A DNA stretch of 64,000 nt from Alphaproteobacteria bacterium (GTDB taxonomy: Bacteria > Pseudomonadota > Alphaproteobacteria > SP197). Positions 48,810-59,127 of this stretch are shown piece after piece (the stretch's first letter is position 1; every line of letters begins with the position of its first letter). Made by a program: the position numbers and the translations under genes. The notes under the pieces were generated by a model. The model had not been told where the DNA came from and did not search any database. It saw nothing but the letters and a program-made list of their open reading frames with translations. Where the stretch lies: the NCBI GenBank assembly GCA_965228895.1, contig OZ245842.1, positions 3,904,001-3,968,000 on the forward strand. Direction: 5' to 3'.

Positions 48810-49613
48810 ATGGCACCGGACAAACAGCCGTCCTCAGACTTGCAGCGCGACGGCCACACCATCTTCTACGACCTCAGCGGAACCGGCACGCCGGTCACGC
48901 TGATCCACGGGGTCGGCACCTGGTCGGACGACTGGCTCGGCGTGATCGAGCGGTTCGGCGGGCGGTTCCGCACGCTGCGCTACGACCTCAGAAGTCATGG
49001 CCGATCAGGGTCGCCGCCGGGCGATTACACGGCCGCTGATTTCGTCGGCGATCTTGTCTGCCTGCTCGACCATGTCGGCATCGAAAAGACACACCTTGCC
49101 GGCTTTTCTCTCGGCGGATTGATTGTCCAGGCGTTCGCGCTGGCCCATCCCGACCGCGTCGACCGCCTTGCGCTCATGTCGACGGTTGCCGGGCGTACGG
49201 CCGAGGAGCGCGAAAGGGTCATGGGTCGCCTCGACTTTATTCGCAACGAACCGCCGGTCAGCTATTTTGATGCGTCGGCGTCGCGCTGGTTCACCGACAG
49301 TTTCCGCGCCGAACACCCGGACCTCCTAGCGGAAAAGAAAAAGGTAATCGGCCGTATGGATACCGACCGTTATGCCGCCTGCTACCGCGTGCTGGCCGAA
49401 AGCGATTTTGCCGACGAACTCCACCGAATCCCAAACCGCACCTTGGTCATGACCGGCGAATTCGATCAGGGCTCCAACCCGCGCATGGCACGCCTGATGC
49501 ACGAGCGCCTGCCCGATTCCGAACTGATCATCCTGCCGCGTCTGCGCCACAGCATCCTGCTGGAGGCGCCCGATATCGTCGGCGGCATCCTGCGCGAGTT
49601 CTTTTCGCCGTAA
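48810..49613 (+). CDS. Alpha/beta hydrolase (PcaD/TgnD-like)
   Basis: LIHGVG, YDLRSHG, GFSLGG nucleophile elbow, TGEFD, LRHS. Confidence 0.85.
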   Translation: MAPDKQPSSDLQRDGHTIFYDLSGTGTPVTLIHGVGTWSDDWLGVIERFGGRFRTLRYDLRSHGRSGSPPGDYTAADFVGDLVCLLDHVGIEKTHLAGFSLGGLIVQAFALAHPDRVDRLALMSTVAGRTAEERERVMGRLDFIRNEPPVSYFDASASRWFTDSFRAEHPDLLAEKKKVIGRMDTDRYAACYRVLAESDFADELHRIPNRTLVMTGEFDQGSNPRMARLMHERLPDSELIILPRLRHSILLEAPDIVGGILREFFSP

Positions 49614-50417
49614 CTACCCCGCTCTCACCGACAAACGGTCAATCCGCAAACGGTGGCGGTCGTCGGTCAATCGGCGGACCCCGCCAAGTACCGCCAGGAC
49701 GACGCCGAAGCCGGTGGCGCCGCCGATCAGGAACATCACAAGCAGCTGATACTTGACCGCCTCGACCGGCGGCACGCCGGCCAGGATCTGGCCGGTCATC
49801 ATGCCCGGCAGCGAGACGATACCGGTCGCCGACATCGAGTTGATGATCGGCATGAACCCGGCGCGCAGCGCATCGCGCATGATCGTACCGAGCGCTTCGA
49901 ATCGCGGCTGGCCGAGCGCGATACGGGCTTCGATCGAGGCGCTTTCGCGTACCGCCGCGACGGTCAGGGTATCCAGACCCAGGCTGATGCCGGTCATGGT
50001 GTTGCCCAGGATCATGCCGAGTAACGGGATGGCATAGCGCGGATCGAACCAGGGATCGGGCCTGATCTGCGTGCCCAAGGCCAGGACGGTTACGCTGATC
50101 GCCGCGACCAGCATGGTCGAAACGCCGAGACCATAGGCCCAGAAGCCCCTGAGACGGTTCTTCTGGCGGGCCATCACCTCGTAACCGGCGACGGCGACCA
50201 TGACCAAGGCCATCAAGCCGGTCCACAAGGGCGACGCACGTTCGAACAGGAACGTCAGCACCAGGCCGACGAGCAGGAGCTGGACCGTCATGCGGATGGC
50301 GGCGACAAACAACTGCCGCGCAAGCCCCAATGACAGCAGGATCGAGAGGATCCCGTTGACGACAAGCAGCAACGCCGCCAGCGCGATGTCCTGATAGGTG
50401 AGTTCGATGAAGTTCAT
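49614..50417 (-). CDS. fetB: FetB/YbbM-like ABC permease
   Basis: RMTVQLLLVG, IPLLGMILGN, SLPGMMTGQILAG..P..AVKYQ. Confidence 0.88.
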   Translation of the reverse strand: MNFIELTYQDIALAALLLVVNGILSILLSLGLARQLFVAAIRMTVQLLLVGLVLTFLFERASPLWTGLMALVMVAVAGYEVMARQKNRLRGFWAYGLGVSTMLVAAISVTVLALGTQIRPDPWFDPRYAIPLLGMILGNTMTGISLGLDTLTVAAVRESASIEARIALGQPRFEALGTIMRDALRAGFMPIINSMSATGIVSLPGMMTGQILAGVPPVEAVKYQLLVMFLIGGATGFGVVLAVLGGVRRLTDDRHRLRIDRLSVRAG

Positions 50418-51031
50418 GACGCGGCCGGCTCCAGACAGCCCGCGCGCATGTGATAGCAACGCTCCCCGAGCCGCTCGGCGAATGCCCGATCATGGGTCGC
50501 AACCAGCAGCCCCATACCTTGCTCGCGCCGGGTTTCCAGAAGATCGGCAACGAGGTCACGGCTTTCGGTATCAAGCGCCGCCGTCGGCTCATCCAACAGC
50601 AGCACCTCGGGGTCTTGGATGAGCGCTCGGACAAGCGCCAAACGCTGTTTTTCGCCGGTCGAGAGGCGATTCACCGGTGCATCGAGAAAACTCTCCGCAA
50701 GGCCGAGGCGGCCCATGGTTTCCCGTGCACGATCCGATTTTGCCATGTGGGGTCCGACCGTTTCGGTCCACCAGCCGGGCTCAGCGGCGACATACGTCAC
50801 CTTGGAGCGCCAAGCTGGTCCCGGCATGGCCGAGCACGCGGTGCCGTTCAGATAGACCTCGCCCTCATGGGGGTCGAGGTCGGCGATCGCGCGCAGCAGC
50901 ATCGACTTGCCCGAACCGGACGGCCCCATCACCGCGCCACACGAACCCGCATTTAGCGCCAAAGTGGCCGGCGCCAGGCCCGGGCGCGCGACACCATCGA
51001 TCACCAACAATGCCTGGCTCGTTTCGGTCAT
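50414..51031 (-). CDS. fetA: FetA/YbbL-like ABC ATPase
   Basis: GPSGSGKS, LSTGEKQR, LLLDEPT, ATHD; ATGA overlap with fetB. Confidence 0.85.
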   Translation of the reverse strand: MTETSQALLVIDGVARPGLAPATLALNAGSCGAVMGPSGSGKSMLLRAIADLDPHEGEVYLNGTACSAMPGPAWRSKVTYVAAEPGWWTETVGPHMAKSDRARETMGRLGLAESFLDAPVNRLSTGEKQRLALVRALIQDPEVLLLDEPTAALDTESRDLVADLLETRREQGMGLLVATHDRAFAERLGERCYHMRAGCLEPAAS

Positions 51032-51882
51032 GAGGGTTCCCGGCCATCAGGCCAGGGCAGCATGGCGGCTTCGAAAGCACCGACATGCCGGAGCGTTCCG
51101 GCCGCCCGCTTGGCGCCCGCCTCCAGGCTGCGGCGGACATCCCGCGTTTGGGCATAGGACGCCAGGAACCCCGCCTGGAAGCTGTCGCCCGCGCCCGTCG
51201 TGTCAACGACATCGGTAACAGCCACGGCGGGACAGGCGATTCGTTCTCGGCCGCCCAGCGCCAGACTGCCGGCAGCACCCAACGTCACGACAAAGAGCTT
51301 GCCGTGGTGCTGGGCCAGCCCTTCAAGCGCGTCGATCAGGTCGGTGTCACCGGCAGCCAAACCAGCGAAACCGATATCGATGCTGGGCAGAGCACGCCTG
51401 ACCGGTGCCAGGCGATCATCGGTGTCGTTCAGGTCTAAAAAGTCGACGGCGCGCAAACCAGACGATGGCGTCTTCACCGCCGACTCAAAAAAACCCATGA
51501 CCTGCCGGTAACAGGTCATCAACAGCACGTCGGAGTCGGCAATGATGGGTGATTCCGCAGCGCCGACACGATAGTCCGTGAGCACGCCGGCCTCGTAGCG
51601 GATGAAGATCCGCTCGCCCGATGGATCGTGGTCGATGACCTGCAACGACGTGCGCCCCGCCATCTCAGGCAACACACCCGCGACATCATGGCCGACGATC
51701 GCCGCGCGCACGTCGCTGGCTTCGCGGTCGTTGCCGAGCGCACAGACCACCGCGATCTCGCTGCCCGGCGGAAAGGTTGCCTTGGCGTTGACCGCAAAGT
51801 TGAGCGCGATCCCGCCGACACGGTCGGCCTTCAGGTCGAGGTAACGGTCGACCCCGCAGTCACCGACCGCGACCACGCGCAT
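51028..51882 (-). CDS. PfkB-family sugar kinase, fructoselysine-6-kinase (FrlD)-like
   Basis: VGDCGVDRY, GGIALNFAV, VVTLGAAGS, DTTGAGDSF. Confidence 0.8.
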   Translation of the reverse strand: MRVVAVGDCGVDRYLDLKADRVGGIALNFAVNAKATFPPGSEIAVVCALGNDREASDVRAAIVGHDVAGVLPEMAGRTSLQVIDHDPSGERIFIRYEAGVLTDYRVGAAESPIIADSDVLLMTCYRQVMGFFESAVKTPSSGLRAVDFLDLNDTDDRLAPVRRALPSIDIGFAGLAAGDTDLIDALEGLAQHHGKLFVVTLGAAGSLALGGRERIACPAVAVTDVVDTTGAGDSFQAGFLASYAQTRDVRRSLEAGAKRAAGTLRHVGAFEAAMLPWPDGREPS

Positions 51883-52682
51883 CACGCTGCCGCCGCTTTG
51901 TCGCGCGCGATCGCAACCAGCTCGGCCACACGCTTGGCGTCGATGGCATCACCCGACTTCAGGCCTGTGCCGACAATGGCGCCGTCTGCGACAGCCAGCA
52001 GCGCTTCGGCGTTCCCGGCATCAAGGCCGCTCCCAAGGATGACCGGAATGGCACCCGCACCCTCCTTGGCGGCCGCTACCGACGCGACATCCGGCGCGTG
52101 GCCGGTGGCATCGCCGGTCACGACGATCGCATCGGCCCCGGCCTCGGCGGCGAGCGATGCCGATTCGGCAAGGCTGCGCTCGACCAGCATGGTGGCGTAC
52201 TTGACCTGGATATCGGCCAGGATCAGCACGTCGTCGGCACCGATCGCACGGCGATAGGCCAGCAATCCCGCCGCATCGATCCGCATGGCACCGCCGTGCT
52301 CGGGCCGCGACATCGGGTCGACGAAATAGTCTGTGCGGATGAACGAACCGCCGGCCGCGTGCGTCACGGCGAGCGACGCCTCGGGATCGTTCAGCAGGAT
52401 TTCCGCCCCGACCCGGACATCGGCTGACGCCGTCACGACTTCCCGAGTCACCCGCGTCATCGCCGCCGTCGTTTCGGCGGATGAGAGCACGCGGTGCGGC
52501 CGGTCGTATTCGTTCTCGACCAGCGCGCCCTGCGCGCCGCCCGCCTCGAGCGCAGCTAGATCGCCAAGCGCCTTATCGATCACCGCATCAAGGCCAGGCG
52601 AGTCCGGATAACCCGGCAGGGGCGGCAGATGGATGACGCCAATAATCGGCTTGCCCGCGCCAAACAGATCGTGGAACCGCAA
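51882..52682 (-). CDS. BtpA/SgcQ-family protein
   Basis: IIGVIHLPPLPG.P, VENEYD.P, ADIQVKY, VTGDATG, GSG, IVGT.LK. Confidence 0.9.
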   Translation of the reverse strand: MRFHDLFGAGKPIIGVIHLPPLPGYPDSPGLDAVIDKALGDLAALEAGGAQGALVENEYDRPHRVLSSAETTAAMTRVTREVVTASADVRVGAEILLNDPEASLAVTHAAGGSFIRTDYFVDPMSRPEHGGAMRIDAAGLLAYRRAIGADDVLILADIQVKYATMLVERSLAESASLAAEAGADAIVVTGDATGHAPDVASVAAAKEGAGAIPVILGSGLDAGNAEALLAVADGAIVGTGLKSGDAIDAKRVAELVAIARDKAAAA

Positions 52683-52789
52683 CGGCCTCTCCCCTCACGC
52701 CTCAAGGCAGGCTGGCCGCTCAAGCCATGGGATGCAAGGACGCCGTCGACGGTCTATAGAGGCGGGATGAACACGGGGAGAGCACAACC

Positions 52790-53794
52790 ATGACCGAGAT
52801 CTCGATGACCTATCTGAACGGGCCGGACATCGAGAAGCTCGCCATGACCAACGACGAGATCCTGGATGCCGTCGAAGCCGGCCTCCTGGCGCAGGGACGC
52901 CAACAAACCGTCCTGGAGCCGCGCGTGCATCTGGTGCCCGAGAGCTCCGACAAGGGCCATTTCAACGTGCTGCGTGGGTTTATCGCGCCGCTCGAGGTCG
53001 CCGGCGTCAAGATCGTCGGCGATTTCGTCGACAACTACAAACAGGGCCTGCCGTCCGAGATGGCGCTCCTCAACCTGTTCAGCCCGGAAACCGGGATGCC
53101 CAAGGCGTTGCTGGACGCAACCGCCATCACCGATATGCGCACCGGCGCGATGACCGCGTTGGGCGGCAAGTACCTGGCCCGCAAATCGAGCCAGCGTCTC
53201 GGCAATATCGGCGCGCGCGGCTCGTCCTATTGGAACGTGCGTCTGCTCGATCACCTCTTTGACTTCGACGAGATACGCGTTCATTCGCGCCGGCCGGAAA
53301 GCCGCGAGGCCTTCGGCGAACGTCTGTCGCGCGACCTCGGCAAGACCGTCATCGTCACCGACGACTGGGAGAGCTGCCTGAAGGGCGCCGACATCCAGGT
53401 CGAGGCCTCGCGCCTGCCTGAACCCCATCCCCACTTCAAGACCGACTGGGTGCCCAAGGGCGGCTTCGTCGTGCCCTACGGCACCATGAGCGCAGTCGAG
53501 TTCTCGCTGACCGACATCATGGACAAGGTCGTTGTCGACGACTGGGTCCAATGCCAGCCCGGCCGCCCGTACGGATCGCTGCGCCGCCATGTCGACGAGG
53601 GCAAGGTGACCCAGGAAAACCTGCATGCGGAGATGTGCCAGATCGTGGCCGGCGACCGCCCGGCCCGCGAGAGCGATGACGAGACAATCCTGTTCTGGCA
53701 CCGCGGTTTGAGCCTCTCCGACATCGCGCTCGGACAGGCCATGGTCGACAAGGCCGCGAGGCTCGGCATCGGCACCAGCTTGCCCTATCGTTGA
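52790..53794 (+). CDS. Ornithine cyclodeaminase/mu-crystallin family protein
   Basis: AGVKIVGDF.DN, ITDMRTGA, IGARG, RGLSLSDIA. Confidence 0.88.
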   Translation: MTEISMTYLNGPDIEKLAMTNDEILDAVEAGLLAQGRQQTVLEPRVHLVPESSDKGHFNVLRGFIAPLEVAGVKIVGDFVDNYKQGLPSEMALLNLFSPETGMPKALLDATAITDMRTGAMTALGGKYLARKSSQRLGNIGARGSSYWNVRLLDHLFDFDEIRVHSRRPESREAFGERLSRDLGKTVIVTDDWESCLKGADIQVEASRLPEPHPHFKTDWVPKGGFVVPYGTMSAVEFSLTDIMDKVVVDDWVQCQPGRPYGSLRRHVDEGKVTQENLHAEMCQIVAGDRPARESDDETILFWHRGLSLSDIALGQAMVDKAARLGIGTSLPYR

Positions 53795-53845
53795 CATTCG
53801 TTGCCCGCCGCCTGACCCCCAACCCGACCTGGAGCGCCCCCCAAA

Positions 53846-55015
53846 ATGGATATCACCTTGAGTTCGGCCGACCGCGACCTGCAGGCCAAAGCCAAGAGCT
53901 TCGCCGAAGAATGGCTGTTTCCCTATGAAGAGCTGGCCGAGGACGATGCCGGTGTGCCACCCGAAACCATGAAGAAGATCCTGGCCGCCTCGGTCGACGC
54001 CGAACTCTCGGGCATGAACCACAGCGTTGAAGACGGCGGGCGTGGTTACAACGTCGTGCAGCAATGCCTAATCTATGAAGAGCTCGGCAAGGCGACCGGC
54101 GGACTCGCCCTGATCCACTCGATCGTGCCGCCCTATTCGCTGAAGTTCGCGACGCCCGAGCAGAAGGAGAAGTACCTCAGGCCCACCATCAACGGCGAGA
54201 AGTCCGTCGCCTTCATGGTGTCGGAGAAGGACGCTGGCTCCGACGCGCGCGGCATCAAGACGACCGCCGTCCAACAGGGCAACCACTACGTGATCAACGG
54301 CGAGAAGTGGTTCGCCAGCCACGCGGACTATGCCGACTACTCGCTGCTGCACAGCAATATCGACGGCGATCCGGAAAAGGCGACGCTTTTTATCGTCGAC
54401 AAGGGCACACCCGGCATGTCGGTCAAGCATCTCTCAAAATACATGCTGAACCGGGCCGGGCGCACGCCGCAGATCCTGCTGGAAGACATGAAACTCGAGG
54501 CGGGCCAGATCCTGGGCGGTATCGGCCAGGGTTTCGAACTCACCAAAGACTGGTTCATCGAACAACGCATGTTCATCGCCTCGCGCTGTGTCGGCTCCGC
54601 GATCCGCGCCGCCGAGACCGCCGAGGCCTATGCCCGCGAGCGCGAAGCGTTTGGCCAGAAGGTCGGCGACTTCCAGGCGATCGCCTTCAAGATCGCCGAC
54701 ATGGCGGTCGACATCATGACGGCGAAGACTCTGCTTTACCGCTGCGCCGCCGAAATCGACTCCGGCATCGAACGCAAGCTCGCGCACGCGCGCGCCTCGG
54801 CGGTCAAGCTTGTCTGCACGGAGATGGCGGGGCGCGTCTGCGACGAGGCGCTGCAAATCATGGGCGGGCGCGGCTACATGGTCGAATGCCCGACCGAACG
54901 CCTTTACCGCAGCGTCCGCCTGGAACGCATCGTCGAAGGCACATCGGAAATCCAGCGCGTCGTCATCGCCGGCCAGATCAAAAAGCGCGGCTTGGCGCTC
55001 TATACGAGCCTTTAG
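53846..55015 (+). CDS. Acyl-CoA dehydrogenase
   Basis: SEKDAGSD, INGEKWF, REAFGQ, QIMGGRGY, EGTSEIQR. Confidence 0.92.
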   Translation: MDITLSSADRDLQAKAKSFAEEWLFPYEELAEDDAGVPPETMKKILAASVDAELSGMNHSVEDGGRGYNVVQQCLIYEELGKATGGLALIHSIVPPYSLKFATPEQKEKYLRPTINGEKSVAFMVSEKDAGSDARGIKTTAVQQGNHYVINGEKWFASHADYADYSLLHSNIDGDPEKATLFIVDKGTPGMSVKHLSKYMLNRAGRTPQILLEDMKLEAGQILGGIGQGFELTKDWFIEQRMFIASRCVGSAIRAAETAEAYAREREAFGQKVGDFQAIAFKIADMAVDIMTAKTLLYRCAAEIDSGIERKLAHARASAVKLVCTEMAGRVCDEALQIMGGRGYMVECPTERLYRSVRLERIVEGTSEIQRVVIAGQIKKRGLALYTSL

Positions 55016-55028
55016 CGTTGGCGTCGGC

Positions 55029-55113
55029 CCCCTCACCCAACTCCGGCTAAGGCGCATTCGCACCTAAGCCTGCGCAACCCTCTCCCCTTGAGGGAGAGGG
55101 CCGGGGTGAGGGG
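55029..55113. repeat. REP-like element (CCCCTCACCC / CCCTCTCCC family)
   Basis: Outer arms CCCCTCACCC / GGGTGAGGGG enclosing the hairpin CCCTCTCCC-CTTGA-GGGAGAGGG, between convergent genes. Confidence 0.75.
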
Positions 55114-55138
55114 TCGCGCGCGCCGGCGCGCGAAAATC

Positions 55139-56815
55139 CTAATCCAGCATCGGCAGCTTCAGGTGGTGCTCGGCGGCGCACTCAACGGCGATGTCGTAGC
55201 CGGCGTCGGCGTGGCGCATGACGCCGCTGGCGGGATCGTTCCAGAGCACGCGCGCGATACGCCGGTCGGCGTCTTCGCTGCCATCGCAACAGATGACCAT
55301 GCCGGCGTGCTGGGAGAAGCCGATACCGACGCCGCCGCCGTGGTGGATCGAGACCCAGGTCGCGCCTGACGCGGTGTTCAACAGCGCGTTCAGCAACGGC
55401 CAGTCGGCGATGGCGTCGGAGCCGTCCTTCATGGACTCGGTCTCACGGTTGGGGCTGGCGACCGAACCTGAATCAAGGTGATCGCGGCCGATGACGATCG
55501 GCGCCTTCACCTCGCCCGTGCGCACCATCTCGTTGAAGGCAAGCCCCAGCTTGTCGCGCTGCCCCAGCCCGACCCAGCAGATGCGCGACGGCAGGCCCTG
55601 GAAGTGGATGCGCTCCCTCGCCATGTCGAGCCAGTTGTGCAGGTGTTTGTCGTCGGGGATCAGCTCCTTCACCTTGGCGTCGGTGGCGTAGATATCTTCG
55701 GGATCGCCGGAAAGCGCGGCCCAACGGAACGGGCCAACACCGCGGCAGAACAAGGGACGGATATAGGCCGGCACAAAACCCGGGAAGTCGAAGGCGTGCT
55801 CGACGCCCTCCTCCTGCGCCATTTGGCGGATATTGTTGCCGTAGTCGAGCGTCGGGACGCCGGCGTTCCAGAAGTCGAGCATGGCCTGGACCTGAACCGC
55901 CATCGATTCCTTGGCCGCTTTGACCGTGCCTTCGGGATCGCTCTCGCGCCGTTCGTCCCACTCGGCCAGAGACCAGCCCGCCGGCAGATAACCGTTCAGC
56001 GGATCGTGGGCGCTCGTCTGGTCGGTCACCACATCGGGATGGGCGCCGCGTTTGACCAGTTCGGGGAACACCTCCGCCGCGTTGCCGAGCAAGCCGATCG
56101 ACACGGCCTCCTTCTTCGCCGTCGCGTCTTCGATCATCGCCAGCGCATCGTCCAGGTCGTCGGTGCTTTTATCCAGATAGCCGGTCCTGAGCCGCATCTC
56201 GATGCGCGACGGTTGGCATTCGACGGCCAGCATCGACGCACCGGCCATGGTCGCAGCCAAGGGCTGCGCGCCGCCCATGCCGCCGAGGCCGCCGGTTAGG
56301 ATCCAACGGCCCGAGAGGTCGCCCGCGTAGTGCCGGCGGCCGACCTCGACGAAGGTCTCGTACGTGCCCTGAACGATGCCCTGGCTGCCGATATAGATCC
56401 ACGAGCCCGCCGTCATCTGGCCGTACATCATGAGGCCGGCGCGGTCGAGTTCGTGGAAGTGCTCCCAGTCCGACCAGTGGGCGACCATGTTGGAGTTGGC
56501 GATCAGAACCCGCGGCGCGTCCTTGTGGGTACGAAAGACACCGACCGGCTTGCCCGATTGCACCAACAGCGTCTCGTCGTCGTCGAGTTCGCGCAGGGTG
56601 GCGACGATGCGGTCGAAACACTCCCAGTTCCGCGCCGCGCGCCCGATGCCGCCATAGACGACCAGTTCTTCCGGCTTTTCGGCGACCTCGGCATCCAGGT
56701 TGTTCATCAGCATGCGCAGCGGCGCCTCGGTCAGCCAGCTCTTCGCGCTGATATCCGAACCACGGGCAGCACTGATCGTTCTCGTGTTGTCGCGGCGGTT
56801 CTCGGCTGCGGTCAT
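55139..56815 (-). CDS. hutU: Urocanate hydratase
   Basis: [56 protein letters not shown]. Confidence 0.97.
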   Translation of the reverse strand: MTAAENRRDNTRTISAARGSDISAKSWLTEAPLRMLMNNLDAEVAEKPEELVVYGGIGRAARNWECFDRIVATLRELDDDETLLVQSGKPVGVFRTHKDAPRVLIANSNMVAHWSDWEHFHELDRAGLMMYGQMTAGSWIYIGSQGIVQGTYETFVEVGRRHYAGDLSGRWILTGGLGGMGGAQPLAATMAGASMLAVECQPSRIEMRLRTGYLDKSTDDLDDALAMIEDATAKKEAVSIGLLGNAAEVFPELVKRGAHPDVVTDQTSAHDPLNGYLPAGWSLAEWDERRESDPEGTVKAAKESMAVQVQAMLDFWNAGVPTLDYGNNIRQMAQEEGVEHAFDFPGFVPAYIRPLFCRGVGPFRWAALSGDPEDIYATDAKVKELIPDDKHLHNWLDMARERIHFQGLPSRICWVGLGQRDKLGLAFNEMVRTGEVKAPIVIGRDHLDSGSVASPNRETESMKDGSDAIADWPLLNALLNTASGATWVSIHHGGGVGIGFSQHAGMVICCDGSEDADRRIARVLWNDPASGVMRHADAGYDIAVECAAEHHLKLPMLD

Positions 56816-56897
56816 GGCCCGGCTCCCTGGAACACTGCTTCGGTGCTATAAACCCTCTATAGAGCAGCCCTACGACCGGTCAACACCACGCGCAACC

Positions 56898-57848
56898 ATG
56901 GCAAGCTTCGACCCTCTGTCACGCAAGGCGTTCGCCGATGCCAGCAAGCCGCACACGGACGGCTTCTTCTGGCGTTATGACGGGCCGACCTGGCTCGTCG
57001 CCATCGGCACCTATGCGGCCTGGCTGCTGCTGATCATCTTTCACGATCTCATTCCCTGGCCGGTCATGATGATCGTCGGCGGCTATGTGCTGGCACTGCA
57101 TTTCTCGCTGCAGCATGAAGCGATTCACGGCTGGCGCTCGATCCCCGGCTGGCTGAGAACCGCGGTCGTGTGGCCACCGATCGGCGGCTGGCTGCCGTTT
57201 GAAATCTACCGGCGCGCCCACAGCCTGCATCACCGCAACACGGTTCTAACGTTCCCTGGCGAGGACACGGAATCCTACTATCACAAACGCGCGGACTGGC
57301 AGCGCTACAGCGCCCTATGGCGCGGCATCCTGCTGTTCCACCAGACGTTCTTGGGCCGGCTCCTGATCGGGCCGTTACTGCGCTGGCGCAAGCTGGTGAT
57401 AATCGAAGGCGGCATGTTGTTACGCGGTGATTTCAGCAACGTGCCGATTTGGCTCGGCTTCTTTGCCGGTCTCGCCGTCATCCTGTGGTTCGTCAGCGGC
57501 GTCTGTGGCATGCCGATCTGGGAATACTACGTGCTGCTGGTCTATCCCGGTCTCAGCATCGGCTTGATCCGCGCTTTCATCGAACACCGCTATGGACGGC
57601 GCGCCGGCGAGCGCATTGCCATCGTCGAATCGAATTGGGTGTTCGGCCTGCTGTTCCTTTGGAACAACATGCACCTCATCCATCATCTCTATCCGGCGAT
57701 GCCGTGGTACCGGATTCCCGCCTTCTACCGTAAGCATCGTTCGGAACTACTGGCGCACAACAGCCAGTATCGCTTCAGAGGTTACGGCGAGATCGCGCGT
57801 CGCTGGTTCCTGAAACCGGTCTTCGTCCCGGTTCACCCGATCAAGTAG
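56898..57848 (+). CDS. Membrane di-iron desaturase/hydroxylase (fatty-acid desaturase family)
   Basis: His boxes QHEAIHG, HSLHH, EH, HLIHH with TM segments; start at ATG 56898. Confidence 0.85.
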   Translation: MASFDPLSRKAFADASKPHTDGFFWRYDGPTWLVAIGTYAAWLLLIIFHDLIPWPVMMIVGGYVLALHFSLQHEAIHGWRSIPGWLRTAVVWPPIGGWLPFEIYRRAHSLHHRNTVLTFPGEDTESYYHKRADWQRYSALWRGILLFHQTFLGRLLIGPLLRWRKLVIIEGGMLLRGDFSNVPIWLGFFAGLAVILWFVSGVCGMPIWEYYVLLVYPGLSIGLIRAFIEHRYGRRAGERIAIVESNWVFGLLFLWNNMHLIHHLYPAMPWYRIPAFYRKHRSELLAHNSQYRFRGYGEIARRWFLKPVFVPVHPIK

Positions 57849-57860
57849 AGACGATCTGCG

Positions 57861-58931
57861 TTACTCCGCGGCGACGGGCTCGCGCGCGTTGCTGCCTTCG
57901 AATGCCGGCATCACCTCGTCGACGAAGAGACGCAGCGACTTCTGCTGTTCTTCCATCGGCAGACCGTAGCTGGCGCAGTAGAGGAAGTTATCGACGCCGA
58001 GTGCCTCATAGGCCCTGAGCTTGGCGATTACCTCGTCGGGCGTTCCGAACATCAGGTTCTCGCACAGCATCTTTGGATCGTACTCCGCCCGGTTGTCCAG
58101 GCTGGCCAGATCGATGACTTCCGGGAAGCCGTTGGAGACCGCGCCCAGTTCCTTGAACAGGTTCTCGAACTGCGCGCTTTGGTGACGCACCGCGTTGATA
58201 TAGTGCTCCCAGTCGCCCGCGTTCTCGTAAACGGCCGCATAGCGCATGGTTAGGAACGTCGGTCGTTTGACATCCGGCGCCTTGGCGAGAGCGTCCTCGA
58301 AGCGGCCCATATAGGTCTCGACTTCCGAGAACGGGCGGGACAACGCCCAGGTCATGATGTTGCAGCCGTTGGCGAGCGCCCAGTCGAAGGTACCGGGATC
58401 GCGCGCGGCCACCCATATCGGCGGGTGCGGATCCTGCAGCGGCTTGGGGCACGCCGTGGTCGGCGGGAACGACCAGAACTCGCCCTCGTGTTCGTAGTCG
58501 CCGGCCCAAAGCTGTTTCAGCACCGGCAGCATTTCCTGCATATAGGCGACGCCGACCTGCTGCTTCAGGCCGCCGGCCATGCGGTTGAACTCGCGCTGAT
58601 AAGCGCCGCGGCCGATGCCGAACTCCAGTCTCCCGCCGCTCAACAGATCGAACATGGCAGCCTCGCCGGCGAGCTTCACCGGATGCCAATAGGGCGCCTG
58701 CACGATGGCGGTGCCCAGGTGGATATTGTCGGTGTGCGCGGCCCACCATGTCAGCAGCGGAAACGGCGCCGGCGCGATGGTCATCTCGATCGCGTGGTGC
58801 TCGGCGGCCCAGGCGATTTCGAAACCGCCCTGGTCGGCCATCTGGACCATCTCAAGGGTGTGGCGCGCGACATCCTTCATGTCGATCGCGGGATCCATGC
58901 GTTCCATGTTGATGGCGAGACTGAATTTCAT
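57861..58931 (-). CDS. Luciferase-like flavin-dependent monooxygenase, TgnB-like
   Basis: MKFSL..NMER, AEHHA..MTIAP.PF, WHPVKLAGEAAM, GRGAY, PKPLQ.PHPPIWVAARDP; GAGG SD before ATG 58931. Confidence 0.87.
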   Translation of the reverse strand: MKFSLAINMERMDPAIDMKDVARHTLEMVQMADQGGFEIAWAAEHHAIEMTIAPAPFPLLTWWAAHTDNIHLGTAIVQAPYWHPVKLAGEAAMFDLLSGGRLEFGIGRGAYQREFNRMAGGLKQQVGVAYMQEMLPVLKQLWAGDYEHEGEFWSFPPTTACPKPLQDPHPPIWVAARDPGTFDWALANGCNIMTWALSRPFSEVETYMGRFEDALAKAPDVKRPTFLTMRYAAVYENAGDWEHYINAVRHQSAQFENLFKELGAVSNGFPEVIDLASLDNRAEYDPKMLCENLMFGTPDEVIAKLRAYEALGVDNFLYCASYGLPMEEQQKSLRLFVDEVMPAFEGSNAREPVAAE

Positions 58932-58994
58932 GGCGGCTTTCCTCGATCCGGCAACGGTGGCAATCGAGGCGAAGTAAACGGGTGAGCGGTCAGA

Positions 58995-59039
58995 GCGTAA
59001 ACGGCAAAAAGGATGGCCCTTGCGTAACGAAAACTTCAC
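58995..59039 (-). promoter_or_regulatory. Conserved upstream motif, copy A
   Basis: GTGAAG-tttt-CGTTACG-N19-CGTTTACGC upstream of the LLM gene; same motif at 61550-61594. Confidence 0.7.
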
Positions 59040-59127
59040 ACGGCGTTCGGCACTTGCGGTCTCTTAGGGCCCGCTAACGGCGGGATCGACCAGTCGATGT
59101 TCAGTACCTGCACAGCGTAAGAGGCGC

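Noticed and set aside
58932-59039. Apparent duplicated N-terminus (MKFSL...MKFSL) of the LLM ORF
   Set aside because: The codons differ at the DNA level, and the upstream GTG lies inside the conserved regulatory motif. The SD supports ATG 58931, so this is coincidence.
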